A program made the translations under genes and the position numbers. Of a stretch of 47,007 bases of DNA, positions 10,105 to 20,600 are shown in pieces. Under the pieces are notes generated by a model. That model had not been told where the DNA came from and did not search any database. It saw only the letters and a program-made list of their open reading frames with translations. The first letter of the stretch is position 1. Each line of letters opens with the position of its first letter. The stretch is from the NCBI GenBank assembly GCA_964632315.1, contig CAZWEM010000038.1, positions 1-47,007 of the forward strand. The letters run 5' to 3'. This DNA is from an uncultured archaeon. Lineage in GTDB: Archaea; Asgardarchaeota; Lokiarchaeia; Sigyniarchaeales; SOKP01.

Positions 10105-10513
10105 TTAGAATTGCCCCTAATTGAATTGTTAATTTATTTTAAAATTCAAATTAATTATATTAATTATTAAAATAAAACCCCATGTATTTAAAGATATCTT
10201 ATAATTGCTTAATAATCGATTATATCACACTTCTTAAATCCCCTATTAAAAGATCTATGATTGAGTTTACGGATCATTGATACCTTAATTTTCTCTCACT
10301 TTTAAAAGTAAAAATAATTTATAAACAGCATTAATTTAAAAATAAACTTAGAAATATTTGTGAGAAATAAATTCTTTGTAGATTTATGATTAAAATATGC
10401 ATTAATAGAAGCTAAACATAATAATATTTTAAGAAATAATCTTTTCTGATAGTAATTAATTTTGGTATTATAAAATTCATAACTTTTAGTGTACCAAATA
10501 CGGGATAGAAAAA

Positions 10514-11278
10514 ATGGATGATAAGTATGCAATTATTACTCAAAATCTTACAAAAAGATATGGGAAAATCCCCGCGTTAACAAATTTGAACATTAAGATA
10601 CCTTATGGTATAATATATGGTCTCCTTGGGCCTAATGGGGCAGGAAAAACTACGACTGTTAAACTTCTTAATTCTATAATAAAGCCTAGTAGTGGAAATG
10701 CAAAAGTCATGGATTTTGACATTATTAATCAACAAGAAAGTGTTAAGTTAAATTGTGGATATTTATCTGAAACACCAAGTTTGTACGAAAGACTCACAGC
10801 AAGAGAGTTTTTAGAATTTGTAGGTGAATTGTATTTTCTTACTCCTAAAAAATTAAATAATCGAATTACAGAATTACTCACATTATTTGATTTAAATCTT
10901 AAAGAAAATCAGTTAATCGAACAGTACTCTAGAGGGATGAAACAGAAGATTGGCCTTTGTGCCGCATTAATTCACGATCCAAAAATCCTATTTTTGGACG
11001 AACCTACTGTAAATTTAGATCCCGAAACAAATAGAACGGTAAAGGATCTTATAATAAAATTGGCAAGGAAAACAAAAAAAACAATCTTTATTTGTACTCA
11101 TTTACTCGCTACAGCAGAAGAATTATGCGATAGTATTGGAATTATTAATAATGGAATCCTTTTAATTGAAGGAAAACCTCTGGATTTAACTAAATCTTTT
11201 AAAGCTAAAAATTTAGAAGAAGTATATTTAAAGATATTAAAAACACCTACAGATAAAAATGTTCTATCTTGGAGATAA
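10514..11278 (+). CDS. ABC transporter ATP-binding protein
   Basis: Walker A GPNGAGKTT, signature YSRGMKQK, Walker B LFLDEP, H-loop CTH. Confidence 0.95.
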   Translation: MDDKYAIITQNLTKRYGKIPALTNLNIKIPYGIIYGLLGPNGAGKTTTVKLLNSIIKPSSGNAKVMDFDIINQQESVKLNCGYLSETPSLYERLTAREFLEFVGELYFLTPKKLNNRITELLTLFDLNLKENQLIEQYSRGMKQKIGLCAALIHDPKILFLDEPTVNLDPETNRTVKDLIIKLARKTKKTIFICTHLLATAEELCDSIGIINNGILLIEGKPLDLTKSFKAKNLEEVYLKILKTPTDKNVLSWR

Positions 11279-11356
11279 TAGATTGAAGCTAATGGAAATA
11301 ACTTTTAAAGTAATTCTTATGATATATATAAAAAGAAAAGTAAAAAAATGTAAAAT

Positions 11357-11653
11357 TTACGAGCTGACAAGTTGGAACAGAATCGAGGCATGTGGAATAA
11401 AAAATTGATCTCCCTTTTTTATGACAACAGTATGGAAATATTCCGCCAAACCTAAAAATCCACGGATTACAGATTCATCTTCTTCAAATTTAAAGACTAC
11501 TTTAGCAATTGCGGCACTCGTACCAAAATTTACCTTATCGTAAACTCGCTCATCAATTTCCGCAGAAATGACGCCAATTCAATTCAATAACGGTATTTTG
11601 AGTTCGTTTACTATTTCATAAACCCTTTTGATAAATAACTCACGTTTTGGAAT
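11357..11653 (-). CDS. Small hypothetical protein interrupted by a 30-nt stop-containing segment (88 aa if removed); start ATT 11653 or TTG 11674
   Basis: Manual translation IPKRELFIKRVYEIVNELKIPL[LN*IGVISAE]IDERVYDKVNFGTSAAIAKVVFKFEEDESVIRGFLGLAEYFHTVVIKKGDQFFIPHASILFQLVSS*. SD-like GGTGG lies 6 nt before the ATT. The paralogous fragment at 4.6 kb shows many synonymous differences. Confidence 0.7.
11558..11587 (-). other. Candidate 30-nt archaeal-type (relaxed bulge-helix-bulge) mRNA intron
   Basis: UUGAAUUGAAUUGGCGUCAUUUCUGCGGAA contains the in-frame UGA (11581-11579). Central helix CCGU/GCGG is followed by UA^U and AA^A; cutting after the second nucleotide of each removes exactly 30 nt and restores the frame. 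Confidence 0.55.
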
Positions 11654-12032
11654 CGTAAACCACCATATCTTCAATCTTTTTGTATTTTCTTTCGATATTT
11701 CACTTAAAATTCAAATTTTAAAATATCTATTATTTTGGTAATTTAATGAAATATGATATATAATAATATTAGATTTTGTATTTTTAATTATATTTTTTTT
11801 GATTCTCATTTATTTTTTAAGATTAAATCATAGGAAATAGTGTTAAAGGAAAATGATACTATTTAGGTTTTATAATTTTGATATAATATGTGGATATCAG
11901 TTATCTTGTATTTTGTTCTCTCCTTTATACGAAAAATATAAAATTATAAATGAAAATTAATATAATACCATTAAGATTATAAAATATATATTTTCCTATT
12001 TCTGAAAAAAATTTAGAGGATTTGAATAAACT

Positions 12033-12764
12033 ATGGTATCTAAAGAACAAAAAAAGTTGGAACGCGTTGTAAATTTCATGAAAAAAGGTTTACAATCATT
12101 ATCTGATGATCTTGAAGACACAATCAAAGGAATAAATGATTTCATTAAATCTTTAAATAAGGCTTTAAAGGATTTAAAAGATGTTGAGGTGGTTCCAGAT
12201 GTAAAAACTGTTAGTACTTCCTCTAAAAAGGTGGTTATGGCTAATCCTGAAACAGCAAAAACTGCGGCTGCTAGTACATTGTTCAATTTGTTAAGTGGAG
12301 CAGGTCCAGAAATCTCTACACCTGCAAGCGCCTCAAATATTCCTGCAGCCCCAGCTGCTCCGGCTATGAGTGGCCCTCCAAAAAAACCGGCAAGTGGTCC
12401 TCTCTCAAAACCACCTTCTGGTGGAGGTCCCCCTAAAGCACCTAGTGCACCTAGTACACCGCCGAAAGCACCAGTTGCAGGAGGCCCACAACGCTCAAAT
12501 CTACCCCCAGCACCTAAGTTACCACCTGCCCCCGGTAGTGGCCCTCCAAAGGTACCAGGTGGAAGTACCGTACAAACACCTTCATTTGCAAAAAGACCGA
12601 GTGCTCCTATGGCCCCATCTGGAGGAGTCCCCAAACCTCCTGGAGCATCAACAACACCTCCTCCCTCCCCCGTTACTCCACAGGCAGGTGGAGGCTTGAG
12701 TTCTTTGCGAGATGAGATGCTTGAAGAATTAAACAGACTTAAGAAAATAATGAGGGGAGAATAA
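12033..12764 (+). CDS. Proline-rich protein with N-terminal coiled coil and C-terminal WH2/VASP-like helix
   Basis: Heptad-like first ~50 aa; long Pro/Gly/Ala/Ser region; C-terminus GGGLSSLRDEMLEELNRLKKIMRGE. Confidence 0.8.
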   Translation: MVSKEQKKLERVVNFMKKGLQSLSDDLEDTIKGINDFIKSLNKALKDLKDVEVVPDVKTVSTSSKKVVMANPETAKTAAASTLFNLLSGAGPEISTPASASNIPAAPAAPAMSGPPKKPASGPLSKPPSGGGPPKAPSAPSTPPKAPVAGGPQRSNLPPAPKLPPAPGSGPPKVPGGSTVQTPSFAKRPSAPMAPSGGVPKPPGASTTPPPSPVTPQAGGGLSSLRDEMLEELNRLKKIMRGE

Positions 12765-12859
12765 CTTCTTCACTTTTCTCATTGTTTATCTCAATTTTAT
12801 GATTGAAATTATTCATACCTACTAAAACTTTTTTTATGCTAAAAAGAATCACATAATTA

Positions 12860-13600
12860 ATGACAAGATTCTTAATGTGTGACAAGGATGTTCCAATTGT
12901 GGTTCCAAAAAAGATACTAGTTATTGCTCCTCATCCAGATGATGAAATCATTTCATGTGGAGGTACTATAATGAAATACCAAAAATTAGGCTCAGAAATA
13001 ATTATTGTTGTAGCTACACCAGGTATAGGAGGATATGCACAACTTTCTCAAAAAGAGAGCGTAATAGAACGTAGACACGAGGAATTAGCTAATGTAAAAA
13101 AGATTTTAAATTGCACCATAATTGAACTAAATTACGAAGATCTAATGGTAACAAGAAAAAAAGTTGCGACCATGACCAATTTGATCAGGGACCAACAACC
13201 ACAAGTGATCCTGATGCCTCATTTTTCAGATTTTCACAGAGTTCATAGACATTTATCCTATATTTGTAGGGAAGCAATTTATCACTGTACCACTGGAAAA
13301 GCATATGGGGGACATGAAAGAAATTGGATTCCTTTTGGAGTATATTATTATGAATCTCCCTCATGTAAATTTCAATACGTCGAAGGAAATGTTTTCCTGA
13401 TTGTCGATATTTCAAAATTTTGGAACGAAAAAGAAGAAATATTTAATCACGTATATTTTTCACAAAGGGAAGTATTAGAACGAGTAGTTGAATGGGCTAA
13501 AGATACAGCAACATTAAGAGGAAATGAGATTAATTCTCTATACGGAGAAGCTTTTATTCCGGAAACTACATATACTCCAATGAAATTGTTACTCGTATAA
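12860..13600 (+). CDS. PIG-L/LmbE family N-acetylglucosaminyl deacetylase
   Basis: APHPDDE, RRHEE, DFHRVH and YGEAF motifs. Confidence 0.9.
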   Translation: MTRFLMCDKDVPIVVPKKILVIAPHPDDEIISCGGTIMKYQKLGSEIIIVVATPGIGGYAQLSQKESVIERRHEELANVKKILNCTIIELNYEDLMVTRKKVATMTNLIRDQQPQVILMPHFSDFHRVHRHLSYICREAIYHCTTGKAYGGHERNWIPFGVYYYESPSCKFQYVEGNVFLIVDISKFWNEKEEIFNHVYFSQREVLERVVEWAKDTATLRGNEINSLYGEAFIPETTYTPMKLLLV

Positions 13601-13733
13601 TTAATTGCTTGCATACGATCCAAAAATAAAATTATTTGATCTTTCAAGAAAAACAAAAGATCAATAGAAAATCATAAATTATTTAACGCAATTGTATGGA
13701 TATAGAATAAAAATTTTTAGATAGTGTAACTTA

Positions 13734-14849
13734 ATGAGAAATCTCACTGTTGTGCTTGATATTGGACAGTTTTCCTCAAAAGCAGGCTTTGCTGGTGAAG
13801 ATTTTCCCTCTCAAGTATTTTTTACAATAGTGGGTAAACCAAAATATCAACAAGTTAATTTTGATATAGGGATTCCTTCCCAGGATGAGTTTTACGTTGG
13901 GGATGAAATTCAATCATTAGGACTTTATAAAATTACATATCCTATTGAAAAAGGAATAATTCAAGATTGGGTTTCTTTTGAGAAAATAATAGATTATATC
14001 TTTTACAGTTTAAGAGTTGATCCAACCTTAGTTAATCTACTATTTGCCGTGCATCCTTTGTTTCCGCAACAAGATTTAAAAAGATTATTTGAATTGTTTT
14101 TAGAACAGTATCAATGTAATGCTTTTTATCCTGTACTAGATTCAATGCTTACTCTATATGCTGGAGGTTTTCAAACGGGCTTGGTAATAGAGATAGGAGA
14201 TAGTATCACTCGGATAGTTCCTATTTATGAGGGGTACAAGATAAACCATGCAATACGGATCTTAGACATTGGTGGTCGTACATTAACTCGTTACATGGAA
14301 AAAATTTTAGGAGAGATTGGTTTTTCAGCAGATTCTTCAATTAGAAGAGAATTAGTTAGGGCTTTAAAAGAAAAAGCTTGTTTTGTATCGCTTGATTATA
14401 AAGAAGATATTAAAAGAAAAGAACAATATGAAAAACCTTACTCTTTGCCTGATGGATCTACGATCATATTAAATAGGGAAAGATTTGATGTTCCTGAATT
14501 ACTTTTCAATCCTAGTTTGGAACTAGAAGAAGATCCATTACCTAAAGCCATTTTAGATGTCATTGAGAATTGTGATTTAGATATACGTCCAGAATTGTTA
14601 AACAACATTTTTTTATCTGGAGGTTCTTCAATGTTTCCAAATATTAAGTCTAGAATTTATCAAGAATTAGAACTTGAATTAGCAAGAAGAAAGAAAAAGA
14701 CTCACTCAATCAAAATTATAGCTCCACGAGAGAGAACTTTTTCAGTATGGGTAGGCGGTTCTATTTTAGCTATGATTCCAGAATTTTCTAAAAATTGGAT
14801 TAGCCGAGCTCAATATTTTACAGATGGGATTCCAGATAATCTCTTATGA
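13734..14849 (+). CDS. Actin-family protein (divergent Asgard actin / actin-related protein)
   Basis: KAGFAGEDFP, YVGDE, YPIEKGII, VPIYEGY, KEKACFV, YSLPDG, LSGGSSMFP and SVWVGGSILA are collinear with actin. Confidence 0.95.
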   Translation: MRNLTVVLDIGQFSSKAGFAGEDFPSQVFFTIVGKPKYQQVNFDIGIPSQDEFYVGDEIQSLGLYKITYPIEKGIIQDWVSFEKIIDYIFYSLRVDPTLVNLLFAVHPLFPQQDLKRLFELFLEQYQCNAFYPVLDSMLTLYAGGFQTGLVIEIGDSITRIVPIYEGYKINHAIRILDIGGRTLTRYMEKILGEIGFSADSSIRRELVRALKEKACFVSLDYKEDIKRKEQYEKPYSLPDGSTIILNRERFDVPELLFNPSLELEEDPLPKAILDVIENCDLDIRPELLNNIFLSGGSSMFPNIKSRIYQELELELARRKKKTHSIKIIAPRERTFSVWVGGSILAMIPEFSKNWISRAQYFTDGIPDNLL

Positions 14850-14951
14850 GTTTTATCTTGAAATTTGTATTACATGCATATTACTTTTTATTAAAAATAA
14901 TATTCTGATATTATCTTCAAAGGAAATTAATTAAATTTAGATGTGAACTAA

Positions 14952-15314
14952 ATGGAAAACGATTTTAATAATGCTTTTGAACAATCTAAAATATTGAAAA
15001 GATATTACCAACCTGATTTTTCCCAATTATTTAATAAAATTAAAGATATTAAAACTCCTGTGAAGAAGGAAATATTAATGGGACTTTTGGATGGAAATTG
15101 GCATTCTGAGTTAGATCTTATAAGAGTTGCAAAACGACAACAAAAATATATGGGTGCTGTAACCTTAGGAACTATGGTAAATTCATTAAATAAGATGCTT
15201 AAAAATGATTACGTAGAGAAAAGGATTTCAGAAGGCAAAATGTATTATAAAATTTCAGATAATTATGTGGGGTTAACACGCGCCGCTTATAACAAGCAAA
15301 AATTTGTTTTATGA
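14952..15314 (+). CDS. Hypothetical protein, winged-helix-like
   Basis: Helical core followed by YVEKRISEGKMYYKIS wing-like hairpin. Confidence 0.6.
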   Translation: MENDFNNAFEQSKILKRYYQPDFSQLFNKIKDIKTPVKKEILMGLLDGNWHSELDLIRVAKRQQKYMGAVTLGTMVNSLNKMLKNDYVEKRISEGKMYYKISDNYVGLTRAAYNKQKFVL

Positions 15315-15354
15315 TTTCAAATCTTCTTTTTTACAATCTTATTCTAAATAAATT

Positions 15355-17526
15355 TTATCTTTTAATACAATCATCATTTAAAATCGTATAATCTTTGCAA
15401 TTTGAACAAAAACCACTTCCATTTTTATCTTTTAATCCACGATTCCAGCACAATGGGCACAGATAATATATAAATGATTTACCTCGCTGTTTTAGATCCA
15501 CCTTAAAAACATTAAAACCGCATAATTTACATGTCGAATTTAGAAGTCTTAGTTTTCCTCTTTTAGGAAGTGATAGAAATGTTTTACATGTATCATCAGA
15601 ACAAACAAGAAACCTTTTGTTTTTTAGATTGATAAATTTCATGGGATGATTATTACATTTTGGGCATTTAGCACTTGTTAATTTATCAAATTTATTGGTA
15701 GTTTTTTGGGTACCCATATTTTTAATATTATATTCTTTTATAGAAGAGGAGATCTTAATCTTGGCTTGTAAGAATTTATCAAATAATTCAAGAAATTCTT
15801 TTCTTACCTCATTAACCACTTGGTGCATTGATCTTTTTTGATCCTTGATTTCTTCAAGTTTTTTTTCCACTTCTTTAGTAAAATCAGGTTTAAGAAAAGG
15901 TAACCAAATCGAAATTAAATTTTCTATAATAAAAGCCCCTAGTTCCGTTATAGCATAATTTCGTTTAATTCTTCTAATATTTTTACGATAACTTAAGATT
16001 TGAATGATTTGAGGTCTTGTAGATTTCGTACCAAGATGATTTGCTTCCATTAATTTTAATAAAGAAGTATCAGTATATCTTGGAGGGGGTTTGGTTTGCT
16101 TATTATTAAACTCTACATTTTTAATTGGAATTGTGGATCCATGTATTTGAATTAATTTATCATAGTTAGGTTTTAGAAAGGGTGCTATGGCATAAAATCC
16201 CACTGATACTAACACAACAGTTTGAGCTTTAAAAGGTTCATCTTTAATTTCTAATTTGAGCTTCTGAATGGACTCTGAAGCCCTTTCACCAAATAAAGCT
16301 AAATAATGTCTTGTTAGAATATCATAAACCTTTTTTTGGACCCCATTATCGAATTTAGCACTTGATAATTCTACACTTTCTAAAGGAGTTATAGGCGGAT
16401 GATCTCCTGCATCTATTTTTCCTTTAGTTGGTTTAAGTTGCTTTGTTTTTAGAAGGTTTACGGTATAAGTTCCATACAATGAATGTGTTGCTAACTTTTG
16501 AAGGATCAGGTCATGATTAAAATCACTTTTATAGATATCACTATCAGTTCTAGGATACGTTATTAATTTATTTAAGTATAAGGAATTCATAGCGCTTAGG
16601 GCTACTTTGGCAGAAATTTTAAGCGTTTTTGTCAATAAAATTAATGCTTTAGAAGTATTTAATGGAGCTGGTGGAAATTTGAACCCGATATCTGTTTTAT
16701 TTTCAATAATATTTGCTATTTGTTCATTTTTTATTTTATTATAGATTTTTAGAGCCTTCAATTCCTCCTCTTTAAGAAATGGATTTTTTTCATGACTAGC
16801 TTTAAAGGTTCCCTGTGAATGAATAAGATTTGCCTCTATTATAAAATAAAGCTTAGGGACAAATTCATCTATCTCCTTTTCCTTGAGATATATTAAATAT
16901 AACAAACTAGTTTGTACACGGCCAATCGAAGTAAATTTTACATTATATTTATTTAAAAGAGGCTTAAAAGTCTTAGTGGCTTGTCTTGTGGCTGAAAATC
17001 CTATAAACGCATCGATTATTGCTCTAGCTTCCCCTGAATCTGCCCAACTATATTTTGGAGAAACAAGTGAGTTCATCTTAGTGAGTATTTCATTCTTCTG
17101 TAGGGAACTTAACCAAAGCTGGGAAACCTTAATATTTTGATTCGTTTTCTTTATAAAATTTAGTGCATCTATTAAACCAATATTACATCCTTCAATATCA
17201 GCATCAGTACCTATAATGCAATGGTTTGCTTGCTTAGAATATTCCTTTAACGCGCTTATATGAGAGTTCGTATTTTTTATTGGATATTTTTTTATGGCAT
17301 TTGGATTAGTGATTATATCACGTGGATTCGAGCTCGTCCAGCTTTCAAAGGCTTTAGTGTTTCTGTATTCAAGTATATGCCCCCTTAATGGAATAACAAA
17401 TACATTCTGATTTTTGACATGATAAATATTTAAATACTTATCCTTTTTAATAACATTTACCGGTCCTAAAGCTTCAGCAATGGCTTGTGCTGCTTTATTT
17501 TTTTCAGATATGATTATTGTCGACAT
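15355..17526 (-). CDS. topA: DNA topoisomerase type IA with C-terminal zinc ribbons
   Basis: TOPRIM SEK..GH..TDADIEG, SIGRVQT, catalytic ITYPRTDS, HPPITP, LGTKSTR; multiple CxxC motifs. Confidence 0.95.
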   Translation of the reverse strand: MSTIIISEKNKAAQAIAEALGPVNVIKKDKYLNIYHVKNQNVFVIPLRGHILEYRNTKAFESWTSSNPRDIITNPNAIKKYPIKNTNSHISALKEYSKQANHCIIGTDADIEGCNIGLIDALNFIKKTNQNIKVSQLWLSSLQKNEILTKMNSLVSPKYSWADSGEARAIIDAFIGFSATRQATKTFKPLLNKYNVKFTSIGRVQTSLLYLIYLKEKEIDEFVPKLYFIIEANLIHSQGTFKASHEKNPFLKEEELKALKIYNKIKNEQIANIIENKTDIGFKFPPAPLNTSKALILLTKTLKISAKVALSAMNSLYLNKLITYPRTDSDIYKSDFNHDLILQKLATHSLYGTYTVNLLKTKQLKPTKGKIDAGDHPPITPLESVELSSAKFDNGVQKKVYDILTRHYLALFGERASESIQKLKLEIKDEPFKAQTVVLVSVGFYAIAPFLKPNYDKLIQIHGSTIPIKNVEFNNKQTKPPPRYTDTSLLKLMEANHLGTKSTRPQIIQILSYRKNIRRIKRNYAITELGAFIIENLISIWLPFLKPDFTKEVEKKLEEIKDQKRSMHQVVNEVRKEFLELFDKFLQAKIKISSSIKEYNIKNMGTQKTTNKFDKLTSAKCPKCNNHPMKFINLKNKRFLVCSDDTCKTFLSLPKRGKLRLLNSTCKLCGFNVFKVDLKQRGKSFIYYLCPLCWNRGLKDKNGSGFCSNCKDYTILNDDCIKR

Positions 17527-17652
17527 TTATAATTGGGTTTTGAAATTTGGTGAGATTTTAATGTTTTTTTAATGCTTGTAAAGTTAATGATGACACTTTT
17601 TAAAAATTCTATTCTTATCTCAAGTAATTCGATATTAAATTAGATAATTAAT

Positions 17653-20600
17653 TTATTCTGGAAAAACAATATTGAATGTTGCTCCCTTTTCCAACCCCTC
17701 TGATTCAACCCAAATTTTGCCACCGTGAGCTTCAATGATTCCCTTAGATATATATAGTCCCAATCCGCTTCCTTTTTCAAAAGTTGAAAATTTATCCAAA
17801 TCTCTCTCCAAAGCTACAAATTTGCCAAATAATTTTTTTATCTGTTCTTTATTTAGCCCCTTTCCATGATCAATGATTTTAAAATTAATTGAATCCTTGT
17901 CTTTAAAAGCTTTTATGCAAATTGTACCTGAATTCTTCGATGCATAGATTGCATTTGTGATAAGATTAGAGAAAACTTGAGACATTCTGAAACGATCGAC
18001 ATTTAAATAAATGTTTTCGTCGATATCCATTATTATATTCAACTTTTTCTGATTTATTTGAAAATGCAATTCATTGATACTGTTTTTTATTAGGTCACCA
18101 ATTTTTTCGGATCGAACTTCAAGCTCCATTTTTTTAGCATCAATCTTCATCACATCTAATAATTTATTGATATAATCCTCCAATCTATGCACGTTGCTCA
18201 AAACCCTATTTAAATCTTCCTTAATTGATGATTTTATTTCTTTTTCTCTCATTAAAATAAGATCTACATATCCACCCACAGAAATAAGGGGTGTTTTGAG
18301 TTCATGTGCTGCAATACTAATGAAATCTGTCTTGAGTTTATCTAACTCTTTTAATTCAATATTTTGCTCACGTAATTTTTTCTCTGAATCTTTTAGCTTT
18401 TCTTCGGCAATAACTTTTTCCGTAATATCTTGAATAAGAACTTGAAAAAGAGTCTCTCCTCCAATCGACACCTCCGATATTTCAGATTGGATCCAGGCAA
18501 CACTTTTATCCTTCTTAAAAATTTTAGTGAGACGAGTTTTAACACTAGGATCTGAAAGATTTTTTTTACCCATTAGATATTGTATGTCTCTTACTGCTGG
18601 TTGGGTTTCATTGGGATAAATTCCGATTAATTCTAAATAATTATTTCCAATTAATTGGTCTTTATTATAACCAAATAATTTTGATATTGTAGAATTCATA
18701 TCAACTATTTTACCAAATCGATCGAGTAAAATTATTCCGTATGGAGAATTTTCGAACAGATGACGAAACTTTTTTTCTGATTCAATTAGCTTTTCTTCTG
18801 CTTCACGTTTTTCAGTGATATCTATAAAAGTAATGAAGATAGCTGCTCTTCTTTTGTAAAGGATTCGTTTCGAATGAAGTTCAATCCACTTGATTTTATT
18901 AGTTTTAGTCATTATTCTACACACATAATGAGAACTTAAATCAGAATCTTCATCGAGTTTTTTTCTTAATTCCTCTACAACCATTTCTAAATCGTCATAA
19001 TGAATTTTTTGTATAAATTCATTTTTTGGCCAATCTTTAATCTCCTCACTGGTATAACCTGTCATTTTAGAAAGTGCAGCGTTTGTGTAAATCAAATACC
19101 CATCTTGCAAGATAGCAATACTTAAATTTGATTGTTCAGCAATATTACGGAACTTTTCCTCAGATTCTTGTAGTTCTTTGGTCCTTTTGGATACCATAGT
19201 TTCCAGATCCTTATTTAAAATTCTAAGCGCTTCTTCTGATTTTTTTAACTTGATATTGGTGATTTTTTTCTCGGTAATATCCCCAATTAAAACTTGGATT
19301 AACGTTTCATCTCCTAACTTAATTTTCGAGCTTTGTAAAGTTAACCATAGCTCTTTCCCATCTGCTCTAGTAATTTGAAAGTCAAGAGGTTTCATTCTAA
19401 CATCATCTAAGAACTTTTGAAATTTTTCTTTAAAAAATGGGATATAATAATCAGATTTACCGAACATCAATAGAATATCTTCAAAATTCTTGCCAATTAA
19501 CTCTTTACTTACAAATTTATGCGAAAGAAATTTATCTGTAGTAGAATTTACATCTAATATTTTCCCATTCGAATCTACTAACCAAATTGCATTAGGAGAT
19601 TTATCAAAAAGGTGTCTATACTTCTTTTCTGAAGCGATTAACTTCCGCTGTAATAAATATTTTTCAGTAATATTTTTGATTAGCCCAAAAAATCCAATTT
19701 TAGCTCCTTCTGAATCATATCTTAAATTAACCGAAGCTTCCACATAAACAGTTTGACCATCTTTATTAAAAAATTCAAGTTCAAGATTTTGAATTCCTTG
19801 TTCAGTCTTGTAGACATTGCTAAACGATTCAAAAATGCGATTTTGATTTTCTTGATAGGTCATTTCGGCATAATTTTTTCCTAAAAGAGCTTCTTTTGAA
19901 TATCCTGTTATTTCTCGAAATGCATCGTTAAAGAAGGTAATATTGCCATTTAAATCAACCTCATAATATCCTTCAGTTATATTCTCTAAGATGGAACGAT
20001 ATTTTTTTTCCGATTCTTTTATTTTTTTTTCTGCTTTAAATCGATCACTCATATCGCTATAAGTTGATAGAATACCTATTACGTTCCCTTCTAAATCATG
20101 AAGTGGAACTCTATTGACTTCATAATAAACCTTCGATTTGTCTGCAGCTATCCAAGATTCAATTGATGCCTCACTCTTATTGTTTTGAATTACTCTATTC
20201 TCACACTGTCTGATATGACTTAAATTATCTTTTGGCCAAATTAATTCTTCGTCAGTTTTTCCATTTAAAAATCTCACATCGTTTATCCCGTTAATTCGAG
20301 CATAATTAATGTTACATCCTAAGTATTTTAGTTCAAGATCCTTCCAATATATGAGTTGTGGAATATTATCAATTACTAGATCCAACATCTCGCGAGTTTC
20401 GTGAAAATCGATTTTTGAATCGTTTGATCGGAGTAAATTCCAGTATCGTATCTCAGGTAACTTAGCTGTAATTTCTTTGTAGAGGTCCAACTTGGATTCC
20501 CAGATTGCTTCAGATTCTTTAAATTCAGAGATATCGTGCATCAAGAGAAGAATTTTTACTTTTTCTGATGGTAAATTTAAGCTGGATCCCTTAATTTCAT

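Noticed and set aside
11579-11581. In-frame TGA as a selenocysteine codon
   Set aside because: Not excluded but disfavoured: there is no CxxU/UxxC-type redox context, no SECIS-like structure is evident in the AT-rich 3' region, and the BHB-like geometry explains the stop.
11996-12699. Antisense 212-aa Gly-rich ORF and 109-aa alternate-frame ORF
   Set aside because: Shadows of the GC-rich proline codons of 12033-12764.
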